In this document: positions 1 to 11,500 of the stretch, one piece after another
Layout: every line of letters begins with the position of its first letter
Numbering within the stretch: the first letter of the stretch is position 1
Assembly (NCBI GenBank): GCA_000388065.2
Contig: KB932214.1
DNA from: Fonticula alba ATCC 38817
Lineage: Eukaryota; Protista; Nucleariida
Strand: one strand, 5' to 3'
Length of the DNA: 38,136 nt
Position numbers and translations under genes: made by a program
Notes under the pieces: generated by a model
Database searches by the model: none
Seen by the model: the letters and a program-made list of their open reading frames with translations, nothing else
What the model was told of the DNA's origin: nothing

Positions 1-1511
1 CGAGAAGGATGGGACTCTTTGTCCCCCCCTTCTGTCTCTTGTCCGCCGGTCTATGCGCCGCCCGACGCCCATGGCGCATGGGCCGGCGGCCAGCCCGCGC
101 CTGCATGGCCCCGGGGTGTGTTCTCCTGTGTGTGTGTGTGTAATCCTGAGCCGCCTCTGGGCGGGCTGTCCCTGTGTGTGTGTGTGGATGCGCGTCCCCC
201 CCCCCCCCCCCCTCGCGCTCCCCTTGGGTTTACTGGGCAGACGCGCGAAGGTCACGGACAAGCGCGCGTGTGTTTACATCGGCCCGCCGCATTCCGCCTG
301 GGTCGTGGTCGCGAGGTGGCCCGCCCCGCCCCGCCGCCCCCGTGTGGCCAGACATCTCCCATTCATTTGTCGCGTCTCGTCGTTCAGCGATAGAGAGAGA
401 GAGAGAGGCAGCCGCCCGCCTGAGGCCGGTGGGGGGATGTGTATCCGCATTCCGCATGCGCGCCCAGCCAGCCGCTTTCTCGCGGCCCCGGGCCGGGGAC
501 AGGGAAGACGCCCGCGCGCGGGCGCGCGCGTGTGCCTGCCCAAGGGGAAACACCGGACAAAAGGGGCGCGGCGGAAGCGGGGCGGGCCGCCCCTCGACAA
601 GCCGCGCGCCGGGTCCTGCCAGGGGGCGGACATTCCCCCCCGTGCACCCCCGTGTGCCGGCCCCCCCCCGCTCGCCGGAGCCCAGGCCGCCGTGCGTCGG
701 CGTGGCCGCGGCCCCCGGCTGCCCGCTCCACGGCCCCCGCCCCGCGCCCCGCGCCCCGGGAGGGGGGGGGGGCGGAGCAGGTCGATCCAGCTGGCCGGCC
801 GGCCGACGCGCGGGCCCCTTTCGCCAGAGGCCCGCACCGTGCGCGAGTGTGTCTGTCTGTTTCTCCCCCTCCCCCCCCCCCGCCTTTGGCCCCTGTCCAT
901 GGCCGGCGTTCCTTTGGCCCGCCCCCTGGTCTCTCTCCCTCTCTTCCTCCCTCACGCGCTGGCACACCGGCGCCGCGCGCGCGTCCGCCCGCCCGCCGAG
1001 ATCTGAGTCATGGGCGAACCCCGGCCGCTGAGACTACTGCCGGGCTATTCGCCCGCGGCTGGAACAGGGCACACCTGCCCGCATCTCCCTGCGCCCAGGC
1101 CTCTGTTATCCTTCTGCGCGCGCGCGCGCGCCCCCCCTCCCCCTTCCTCTTCCCTTGCGGCAGTGGCGTCGGGCACTTGCCCTCGCTACGTGTGCGCGCG
1201 CGGGCGTGTGTGTATGTGTGTGTGTGTGTGTGTGCGTATGTATGTGCGCATCAGGATGCACTTGCACCTGCATGCGCGTGCGCACACACACACACACGCA
1301 GCCCCCTCCGCCCATCGGGTGCTCCGCCATCCCCGCGCGCCGCCCCCTTCCCCTCCTCCAGTGTGCCGTTATGTGTGCCCCCTAGACCGCCGCTTCCTGC
1401 GCTGCGCGTCCGTATGGATGGTCCAATTTCTTGGAGCCTCCTCCTGTCACGACGCACTCGACCGGCTATTCCCCTCCGTCCCCAGCAATCTCCCCCCCCC
1501 CCCCCTCACCC

Positions 1512-1616
1512 NNNNNNNNNNNNNNNNNNNNNNNNNNNNNNNNNNNNNNNNNNNNNNNNNNNNNNNNNNNNNNNNNNNNNNNNNNNNNNNNNNNNNNNNN
1601 NNNNNNNNNNNNNNNN
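1512..1616. other. Assembly gap (N run)
   Basis: N bases, flanked by a poly-C tract. Confidence 1.
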
Positions 1617-2358
1617 TTGCATGGGCTCGCCACCTTCGGCAGCCATTCCCAACGACTCCCTCCCCGGCGAGTGAGGACACCTGTGCATCCCCCCTCCCCT
1701 CCCTGACCTTCGCCCCCTTCTTCGCTCCCGGCTTCCACCCCGCGCCCCCGGCTGCCCATGCTGACCTCCCTGCCCTCTGCGGTCTTCGGTCGACACGTTG
1801 TGCGGCCCGCCCGACAGCCGGTCGCGCTATCGCACCGTCCCGGGTCTCCTCCTCCAGGAAGGGAAGCCACATCACCACACACGCCTACACACGCACACGC
1901 GCACGCATTGAGAAGAGCACGCGCACGCGCACCCACACACAGAGCACCGCCCCGCCCGGCCGGTCCGCTGCGAGACAAAGCGCGAGAGCGACCGATCCCC
2001 GCGTTGTCCTTGAGAGAGACCGAGAGCGCGCGCGCTCCAGCGGCCCATAGCCCCCTCCTCCTCCTCCCCCCCCCTCCCCCTCTAGAGCCGGTATGTTTGC
2101 CCTCGCCGGCCCCCCTCCCCCTCCCCTCTCCCTCCCCTCCGCCACCGCCGCTGCCGCCTGGTCCTTACCCGCGCGTGCGCGTTGCCATGCCCCCCCCCCA
2201 ATCCTCCACTCCGCGAACATCGACCCCCCCTCTACGCACACACACACACACACACAGAGTCGCCCTCGTCTCTCCGCGCATACACGCGCACACACACGCA
2301 CGCGCACATACACACACACACGCACGCACGCGTGTGCGCGCGCTCGCATCACAGAGAC

Positions 2359-3413
2359 ATGTCCCACGTCGAGACTAATCTCTTCATACCTCCCGGCGCC
2401 CTGCTCTTTGGCAGCCAGCCGCCCCAGTCGCATTCCTCGCCTGCCTTCCTGCTTTCGGGCCAAATGCCGTCCTCCCCACAGCAGCAGCAGCAGCAGCAGC
2501 AGCAGCAAACCGGCGACATGCACCTCGCCGGTGGTGATGCGCTCACATGCATGGGCACCGGTGGTGCCCCCCCGGTGGCGGGCGCCACCGCGGCAGTGCC
2601 CCCCGGCTCGCCCTCCTTCGCTCCGCTGAATGGGGCTGCCGGCGGCGGGGCCGACGGCACGCCCACGGTCGGGGCGCTCAACTCCCCGAATGGCCTGGCC
2701 CCGGGGGCATCGCCCTCCCCCTCGCCGATCCCCCCGACGGCGGTGCTGCCGCTGTCCTCGCGCGGTGGCGGCGCCCCGCGCATGGGCCGGCGCAGCAGCG
2801 TCGGCACCCTGCCCTCCAACTATCCGCGCATGATCCGCCGCGGCAGCACCGGGCTCAACTTCGGCGAGTCGACCCCCGGCCCGGGCGGGGCCCTGCTCAA
2901 CTTGTCGGCCATCTACAGTGGCACGGCCAGTGGCAGCTCCTCGCCGATGCTGGTCGGGTCGAGCTCCGGGCCGCTGCCGGCCTTCGATGAGCTGGCCGAG
3001 GCCGGGCCCCATCACGGCCACCATGGCGGCGCATCGTCTTCCTCCTCCTCCTCCTCCTCCTCCTCTTCCGGCGGCTCGACCAATGGGTCCCAGCACCATG
3101 GTCACCATGCGGCGGCCATGATGGATGCCGACCCGCCGGTGGGCGGGTCGCCCATCCTGTCGGCTGACGCGGCCACCGCCGCTGCCGCGGCCGCGGCCGC
3201 CGCCGCCGCCGGCCTCATGGCCGGAGCCCCGCCCAGCTCGCCCGGGCTGTCGCTGTCGCCGCTGTCGCACCTGTCCCTGGGGTCCGGGGGCATTGCCGGG
3301 GCGGGCACCGGCCCCGGGTCCTCATCCAGCTCGCCGGTCCTTGGGGCCAGTGCGGGCATCGTGGCCGGCGGCGCTTCCGGCGGCGGGCACCTGCCCATGT
3401 CCTCGGCAGCCCT

Positions 3414-3448
<35 letters not shown>

Positions 3449-3854
3449 CCGCCGCCCTCGGGGGTGGCATGGCCGGCGGCCCGGGCATCGCGTCGACCCC
3501 CGTGGTGGTGGGGGGCCCCCCTTCGTCGGACCCCGCCTCGCCGGGGTCCTCGGGCATGGGGTCGCCCATGCTCCCCCCGGGGCAGGGGCTTTTCCAGTCT
3601 TCGCAGGGCGGCGGCCCCTCCGGGCATGGCAGCCCGGAGGCCGTCGGTGGCGGGTCCAATGTCAACGGCGGCGGCGGCGGCGGGGCCCTGACCACGCACA
3701 TCGGGCCCAGCAGCAGCTCGCTCGCCGCGCACCAGGCCCAGGCCATGCTGCAGCAGCACCTCCACCAGCAGGCCCAGCAGGCTGCCCACCACCATGGCCT
3801 GCACCACTCGCTGCATCACCACCACGCGGCGGCTGCCGCCGCGCACATGCACTC

Positions 3855-3918
<64 letters not shown>

Positions 3919-6198
3919 AACCCGACTCAGTACCATTCGCAGCTGCTGAGCGTCAACAACATCCAGAGCCAGGTCCTGTTCGGGTCGCTGTCCTCCGCCG
4001 GGCCCATCCTCAGCAGCGCCTCGCCGCACTCGTCCTTCTCCTCGCCGAACCCGAGCCCGGCTGACGCCTTCCCCCGGCCCAGCAGTACGTCCCCGGCGGC
4101 CCCGCCCCCCCCCTCGGCCCATGCCACCTGCTCCGTGCCCTTTTGCCACCTGCTCCGTGCCCTTTTGCCATCATTCCCCCGCCTCCGATCGGAGCCCCGC
4201 CACTTACACCCATGCACGTCCCCCCCCCTGGCTTCCTCCCAATCGTAGACCGCATGAACCAGCCCGGCGGCTCGGTCCGGCGCAACAGCTCCCCGGCCAT
4301 CCGGCCCATCTCCGGGCACCCGCTGTCCGGTGGCGCGTCGTCCAGCTCGCCGTCCGGGCCGTTTGCCGGCATGTCCAACGGTCCGGGCACCCTGCTGCGG
4401 TCGCCCTCGCCCGGGTCCGGGTCGGCCTCCGGGTCGGGGTCCGGGTCGGACACCGGCCGGCGGGGGTCCCTCGGCACCGGGCGTGCCGGGTCCTCGCGAG
4501 CCGGGCTGGCGGCGGTGGCCGCGGCCGCGGCCCAGTCCGGCCCCGGCAGCGGCACGTCCTCCCGCGGGGAGCAGTGCCTGTGGGACGGGTGCAAGCTCTA
4601 CTTCGAGGATCAGATTGAGTTCTTCATTCACCTGAAGTCCGACCACCATGTGTTCATCCGGCCGACCTCCATCCGGGCCTCCTCGCTGACGGACCCGGCC
4701 GGGTACGGCGGTGGGGCCGGGTCGGCCGAGGCCGCGGCCGGGTCGCTCGGCAGCCTGAACATGGTGTTCGCCGGGCAGCTGGGGCCCGGGGCCACCGGCG
4801 GCCTGCTGGGCCCGGGGCCGGGCCTGGTGGCCGGGCCCGGGGGCGCCATGCCCGGCGATCCCGGCCACTCGGCGGCCGCCGGCAAGAACACCTGCAAGTG
4901 GCGCGGCTGCAACAAGGAGGGCCGGCACTTCCGCAAGTACTACGACTATACGTCGCACATTGCCACGCACTACCGGGTGCCGCGGTTCTTCTGCTCCCTG
5001 TGCGACCAGCTGATCATCCGCCGGGGGCAGGTCATCCAGCAGCACTTCTCGCGCACCCATCCGGAGCTCAAGCAGGGGACCGGGCCCTCGCCGTCCGGGG
5101 CCGTGGCCTCCACCCCGGCCACTCCCTCCTCGCCGACCATGCCGGATGTGGGCACCGGGTCGGGCGCCTTCGCCGGCGGCGAGGGCGACCGGCCGGGGCA
5201 GCAGCCCGGCGACGGGGGCCTGTCGAACCCGGCCTCGCCGAGTGGCGGGCTGCCGCCGAATGCGTCGGCCGCGGCGGCCGCCGCGGCGGCGGCCGCCGCC
5301 GCCGCCGCCCTCGACGCGTCCATCCAGTCCTCGGTCTGGAATCAGTATGTCATCGATCTGGCCAACCTGTCGGATGACCAGGTCCGCGGGCTGTACCGCC
5401 GGTCGCAGGAGGCCCAGGCGCTGAAGAACATCATGGAGACCGGGGCCCCGGGGGCCGGGATGCTGACCGGCCGGCCGGGGGCCGCGGTGGCTGCGGCTGC
5501 GGCTGCGGCGGCGGCCGCCGCCGCCGCGGCCGCCATCGGCAACGAGATGCCTATGAATGCCCTGCCGAAGATGCCCGTCTCGCCGATGCCCTGCATGTCC
5601 TACGACGATGCGGACACCGAGAGCCTGGCCAGCGCCAACAGCAGCCGGAGCAGTGGCTTCTACTCGACGGCTTCCTCCTGCGGCTTCGAGGATGGGCTCT
5701 TCACCGGCGAGTCGGACAACGACGAGTTCGAGTCCCTGCCGAACATCTACAAGGGCGCCGGGGCCGGGGCGGCCAACCGCCGGAGCAGCCTGGCGGCCAC
5801 CACGGCCGGCATGGACCCGACCGGGCAGCTGGGGCTCCTCCGCCGGCGGGGCAGCGCCCCGGCCATGAGCCTGTCCTCGATGCCGCTGATCCGCGACATC
5901 GGCCTGCCCTTTCACCTGGGCCAGCGGCAGTCCAGCTCATCCAGCCTGAGCAGCGAGCTCGGCGACAGCACCGAGCTTCTGGTGACGCCGCTGGGGGCGG
6001 CCACCGGGGCCACCGCGCCCGGGGCCCACTCGCCGCAGCTGCTCTTCCAGCAGGCCGGCCCCGGGGGGGTCGGCGCCGGCGGCGGCGGCGCCGCCGCCGG
6101 TAACGGCTACTTCAGCGTGGCCACCAATGGCCAGCAGCATGGGTATGCCGCGGCTCCCGGCGGCGGTGGGGCCCCAGCGCCCAACCCGCTGCTCATGT

Positions 6199-6231
<33 letters not shown>

Positions 6232-6418
6232 TCCACCACTCGCAGCAGCAGCAGCAGCAACAACAGCAGCAGCTCCACCACGCTGGCATGGTGCCCGGCC
6301 ATGGGGCCATCGGAGCCGGCACGCACCCCAATGGCCTGGCCCTGCTGGGCGCTGGCGGCGCCGGCATGCCGCTGCACATGCTAGGCGGCTCGCTGCAGGC
6401 GCACCACCAAGCCTCCGG

Positions 6419-6459
<41 letters not shown>

Positions 6460-6887
6460 CCCCGCATGCGGCCCACTTCGGCGGGTCGATGCATCTGCTC
6501 AATGCCCCGGGCTTTGGCCCGTCGGCCGGGTCCCTGCAGCAGCACCAGCAGCAAGTTCACCAGCAGCTCCATTCGCCGCAGCTGGCCTCCTCCTCCGGGA
6601 CCCTGCAGGCATCACACGGCGGCCCTGGCGGTGTCCATTTGACCGGCACCGGCGGCATGGTGGGCTACCATCATGGTGGCGCCGGCGGTCTTGTCGGTGC
6701 CAACATCCAGGGGGGCAGTCCCACCATGTCGGCCACTGGGAGCCTCCTGGTTCCGTACCAGCAGGCCCAGCAGCAGCAGCAGCAGCAGCAGAGCCCCGTG
6801 CTCGGCGCGGTCCCCAATGGCAACGGCCTGCACCCGCAGCATCATCACCACCTGCAGCAGCAGCAGCAGCAGCTCCAACTCCAGCTC

Positions 6888-6922
<35 letters not shown>

Positions 6923-7133
6923 GCAACAGCAACAACAACAGCAGCTCCAGGCCCAGCTTCAGCACCTGAAGATCGACCAGTATTCCTCGGCCAGCGATGG
7001 CGGCGCCTCGGACTCCGGGCTGTTCGGCGGTGCGGCCCAGATGCACGGCGCCGGAGCCGGGCTCCTGGGTGGGTCCCCCTTCCCGGCGGTGCCGAACTCG
7101 GTGTCTGTGGCACCGGTCTCGGAGGGCGTGTAA
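2359..7133 (+). CDS. C2H2 zinc-finger transcription-factor-like protein (three fingers, Gli/PacC-Rim101 type), polyQ/polyA/Gly-Ser rich; join(2359..4084,4249..7133), 1536 aa
   Basis: ATG at 2359 follows CA repeats. Intron 4085-4248 (GTACGT...TAG, phase 1) joins ORFs 2182..4248 and 4143..7133 in frame (4611 nt). Fingers CLWDGC-x12-H-x4-H, CKWRGC-x15-H-x3-H and CSLC-x13-H-x4-H lie at 4575-5060. Confidence 0.85.
3856..3918 (+). repeat. Pure (CAG)20 plus CAA, encoding Q21 in the zinc-finger gene
   Basis: Directly visible. Further CAG tracts at about 2481-2508, 3415-3447, 6201-6271, 6420-6458, 6768-6791 and 6855-6944. Confidence 0.95.
4123..4170 (+). repeat. 22-nt tandem duplication inside the zinc-finger gene intron
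   Basis: GCCACCTGCTCCGTGCCCTTTT x2 plus GCCA. Confidence 0.9.
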
Positions 7134-7650
7134 AGAACCACCCACGGCGCGCACATACACACACACATATACATGCGCGCATGATGCCCCCGGTGTCCGG
7201 CCCGGTCCGCCTCCTTTTTGTACTCTATGGGCCAGAGAGAGCGAGAGAGGGGGCAGGCGCACGTCCCTCCTTCCCCCCACCCGCCCGCCCACCCACCCAT
7301 GCTGGTCGCGTGCATGTTCCGCCCCCATCCCCCCATCCCCCCGCCCCCCCCCCATCCCTCTCCTCTTTCTCCCCCTTCTCTCTTCCCCCCTCCCAAGAAT
7401 GAGGGCCTGGGCGCCTGCATGTGGCGCACGCCACCCGACTCAGTTTTGCCGGGGGCTCTCGCATGCGTGCCAGGTCTTTCCTCTCCCCCTGCCGTCTCTT
7501 CCCTCCCCTCCCCCTCTCTCCCTCTGCCCGCCTGGCGAGTGTCACAGGGGCAGACGTGTCCCGCTCCGTGGGCATGGCCTCTCCGCCGTGAAGCGACTAG
7601 TTTCCGCATTTCGGCGAGCGGCGCCGCGAGCGACACGCTCCTCTCCCCCC

Positions 7651-8166
7651 NNNNNNNNNNNNNNNNNNNNNNNNNNNNNNNNNNNNNNNNNNNNNNNNNN
7701 NNNNNNNNNNNNNNNNNNNNNNNNNNNNNNNNNNNNNNNNNNNNNNNNNNNNNNNNNNNNNNNNNNNNNNNNNNNNNNNNNNNNNNNNNNNNNNNNNNNN
7801 NNNNNNNNNNNNNNNNNNNNNNNNNNNNNNNNNNNNNNNNNNNNNNNNNNNNNNNNNNNNNNNNNNNNNNNNNNNNNNNNNNNNNNNNNNNNNNNNNNNN
7901 NNNNNNNNNNNNNNNNNNNNNNNNNNNNNNNNNNNNNNNNNNNNNNNNNNNNNNNNNNNNNNNNNNNNNNNNNNNNNNNNNNNNNNNNNNNNNNNNNNNN
8001 NNNNNNNNNNNNNNNNNNNNNNNNNNNNNNNNNNNNNNNNNNNNNNNNNNNNNNNNNNNNNNNNNNNNNNNNNNNNNNNNNNNNNNNNNNNNNNNNNNNN
8101 NNNNNNNNNNNNNNNNNNNNNNNNNNNNNNNNNNNNNNNNNNNNNNNNNNNNNNNNNNNNNNNNNN
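7651..8166. other. Assembly gap (N run)
   Basis: N bases. Confidence 1.
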
Positions 8167-8173
8167 CCCCCCC

Positions 8174-8209
<36 letters not shown>

Positions 8210-8523
8210 CTCGCCCGCCTCCTGCGCCCGCCAGCCCGTCGTGCGCACGCCCCTCCCTCCTCTGCCAGCCCCCCGCGCCGGCCTGCCCAATCGTGCGCGC
8301 CCACCTTGCCGGGTCCCTCTCAGCCAGGACTCGGGGTAGCTCTTCTGCCGCTCGGTCCGGCCCCGAAGCCGTCCTCCCGCCTCGCCTGTCGCCCCCCCCG
8401 CCGGCGTCGCCCCCCCTCGGGCTGGACTTCGGCTGCGCCACCCCCCGGCTATCGGATACCGACGGTTGCGACATCGACCTCGAGGAGGAGCCCCACCCGG
8501 TTGAACTCCACCTCGGCAGCGCC

Positions 8524-11500
8524 ATGGACTCGTCGACCGAAGACGCGGTCGCCCGGTCGATGGACCTCGTCTTCGAGGCCATCGCCACTCTGCATTCGGT
8601 GGGCTCCGGGTCGAAGGTCACCTCGGCCGACCGGCGCGCGGCTGACCGCTGGCTAAATGCCTTCCAGTATGAGCCGGTGGCCTGGGTGGTTGCCGACCGC
8701 CTGCTGCAGGCCGAGGGGGCCTCCACCGAGGTCCGGTACTATGGGGCCCAGACGCTTGTCCGCAAGGTGCGTGTCCCTGCCCTGTGGGCCTTTCCCCCCC
8801 CCTCCTCGCGCGCGCGCGCCCTCTTGCTCCTTCCTGGCCGCCCTCCGGGAGCGAGTACATACACACATGCATATCCGGGGATCCTCCCTGACCCCCTCGT
8901 CTTTGCCCCTCCCTCGGCAGATTTGCTCAAGCCTCCATGAGCTGGGCCCCGAGTCTCGTGCCCAGCTTCGAAGCTCCCTGACCAACCACCTGCTGTCGGT
9001 TTCCTTCGGCCCGTACGTTTACCTTTCTCCCCCTCCCGCATGCACACAGATGTCCTGCCATCCGTGTGCGCGTGCGCGCTCTTGCACATGCACATATCCC
9101 CTCACGCATTGGCCTCTGACGCGACCTGCCCCCTCCCCCCCTCCCCTCCCCTCCCCTGTTGCCCTTCGTTCCTCCCCCTCCCCTCCCTCCACCACACGGC
9201 CCCCCCCCACACACACACAGCACAATCCTCCGGACGCGCCTCTGCATCGGCATGGCCAGCCTGATGCTCCAGTCAACCGAGTGGCCAGACCCGGTGGCGG
9301 CCCTGTCGCACACGTTCTTCGGACAGACTGGCGTCCAGTCGGCCCTCGGGGTCCTGCAAAACGCCGCGGCACACACGCTCGAGGACGTGCACAAGGCCCA
9401 TGTGGCCGTGTGCCTGTGGCTGGAGCTGCTCAGCATCCTGCCGGAGGAATTGGACAACCGGCAGATCCCGGTGGACCCGTCTCGGCGGCGGGCCTTCGCC
9501 GAAAACTACCTGGCCGGGGAGATCCCCAACCTGCTGGGGCTTTGCTCGGCCCTGGTGCAGGAGTGTGCCCAGGCGCCGGCCGGGCAGGCGGCCCCGACGC
9601 CCGAGGCGGTCACTCGGTCCAAGATGGCCCTCCAGTGTCTGTCGCAGTGGATCCACTCGTCGCTGCTGTCCCTGCCGCAGATCATGGACCTGAAGTTGAT
9701 TGAGTTCGCGTTCAATGTGCGTGGCGGGGCTGCCCCTGGTGCTTGTGTCAGCCTGCCGCCTGATCGCCATCTGACCTGATTGGTGTGCCCCCCCCCCCCC
9801 CTCCCCCCTTGCTGGCGGTCCTCCTGGCCTGGGGTCCGTGCTTCTGTCCCTCTGGTCCCCCTGGCTGGCGGGGTAGATCCTCCACCAGGAGCCCCTCTTC
9901 GACGTGTGTGTCGCCATGATCTGCGACTTCTTCAGCCTGGTCGGCGACCCGGACCTGGAGGAGCTCACCTGGGAGTACCATGCGCAGCTGCTGGCGGTCT
10001 TCTATCCGCTGGTCCTGCAGCTGGGCCCGCGGGCTGGTCAGGCCTTGGGTCTGCCAACCGGCTACCGGCCCGAGGTCCCGATCCCGGCGCTGCTCGAGGC
10101 GGCCGATCCCCAGGCGGCCGACGGCTTCTGCCGGATTGTGTCGAGTTTCATGGAGCTGTGCGTGCAAGCCACCCCCCGCCCCGCCCCCTCGGCCGCGCCC
10201 TCCGGCTGAAGACGCCCTATTCTGACACGCCGACGCTCTGCCCCCCCCCCCCCCCCCCCCCCCACACACACACAGCGCCATCAAGTATCCCAAGCACGAG
10301 CAGTTCACCCCCCTGGCCGGCATGTACTTTGGATTCCTGCTGACCGACGAGCCGGACATCACCCTGCGCGCCAGTGACTTCTGGATTGACGTGGTGGCGG
10401 CGGATCCGGCCACGCAGGCCCTTCCCCTGCTGTCCACGTGCCTGCTGCATTTCCAGTACCCGGCCGATGGGGACATGGGGTCCGACCCGTGGAGCACCTC
10501 GCGGCAGGAGGAATTCAGCGAGTACCGGCACCGGGTAGCTCAGATCCTCCAGTCGCTGGACCAGGAGGTGGAGCTGTTCGACCAATGTGTCGGGCACTTG
10601 GCGGGTCTGCTGGCGGCGACGGGGCCCGGGGCCGGGGCCGGCCTCGCACCCGGCCCTGGCCCCGCGGCCACCTGGCAGCAGGTGGAGGCGGTTCTTTTCG
10701 CCCTGCGAGTGCTTCCCCTGTCGGCGACGGCGGCCCGGGGCCCGGGGCTGGTGCACCTGTTCCAGCTGCTGTTGCTGCAGCCGAGCGACAGCCCGGCCGG
10801 GGCGCTGCTTGACCACCCAAACATCCGGTATACCGTGCAGCTGGTCCTCAGCGCGGTGGTGCCGCGGCTCTGGGGCGAGGCCCCGAGCTCGAGCAACGAG
10901 GCGATCCTCAACCGGACGCTGGACTACCTGATGCACAGCCTGCGGGCCTCGGCCGCCGGGGGGACCTTCCAGCACCCGGCCATGACCCCGGGGCAGGTGC
11001 TGGCCTCGGCCACCAGCTCCCTGGTGAAGCTGTCCCCCGGGCCGACGGCCTACTTCCTGTCCAGCATGCTGCCTTTCGTCGAAACCGGCGAGCTGGATCG
11101 TGTTCAGTTCAGCAGCCCCATGCAGTATCTGGAGTTCCTCCAGGCCACCGGTGCGCCTTGGCCCGGCTGCTCCTTGCCGGCTGCTCCTCTTCCTTTCTCC
11201 TCTGCTTTTTTCTGTCTGGCTCCACGCTAATGCCGTCTTCCTCCTTTCTCTGCGGTCTCTGCGGTCTCTGCGGTCTCTGCTGTCTCTGCGGTCTCTGCGG
11301 TCTCTGCTGTCTCTGCGGTCTCTGCGGTCTCTGCTGTCTCTGTCGGTCTCTGCTGTCTCTGTTCCCTCCGCCCTCTCTGTTCCCTCCGCCCTCTCTGTTC
11401 CCTCCGCCCTCTCTGTTCCCTCCGCCCTCTCTATTCCCTCCGCCCTCTTTGCTCTCCTTTGTCTGTTTTCTCTGTCTATCCTCAATTCTCTGCTCTCGCT

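Noticed and set aside
19-2358. Many overlapping Pro/Arg/Gly/Ala-rich ORFs
   Set aside because: Low-complexity GC DNA with microsatellites, few stops expected, no domain signal.
3322-5915. Long minus-strand ORFs (3322..4149, 3927..5915) with poly-Leu
   Set aside because: Antisense readings of the CAG-rich zinc-finger gene.
6997-8940. ORFs spanning N-gaps (also 13608-14670, 26244-28617)
   Set aside because: Lengths are inflated by X translation across gaps.
11247-11446. Direct repeats considered as a CRISPR array
   Set aside because: Head-to-tail units without unique spacers, in a eukaryotic intron, with no cas genes.
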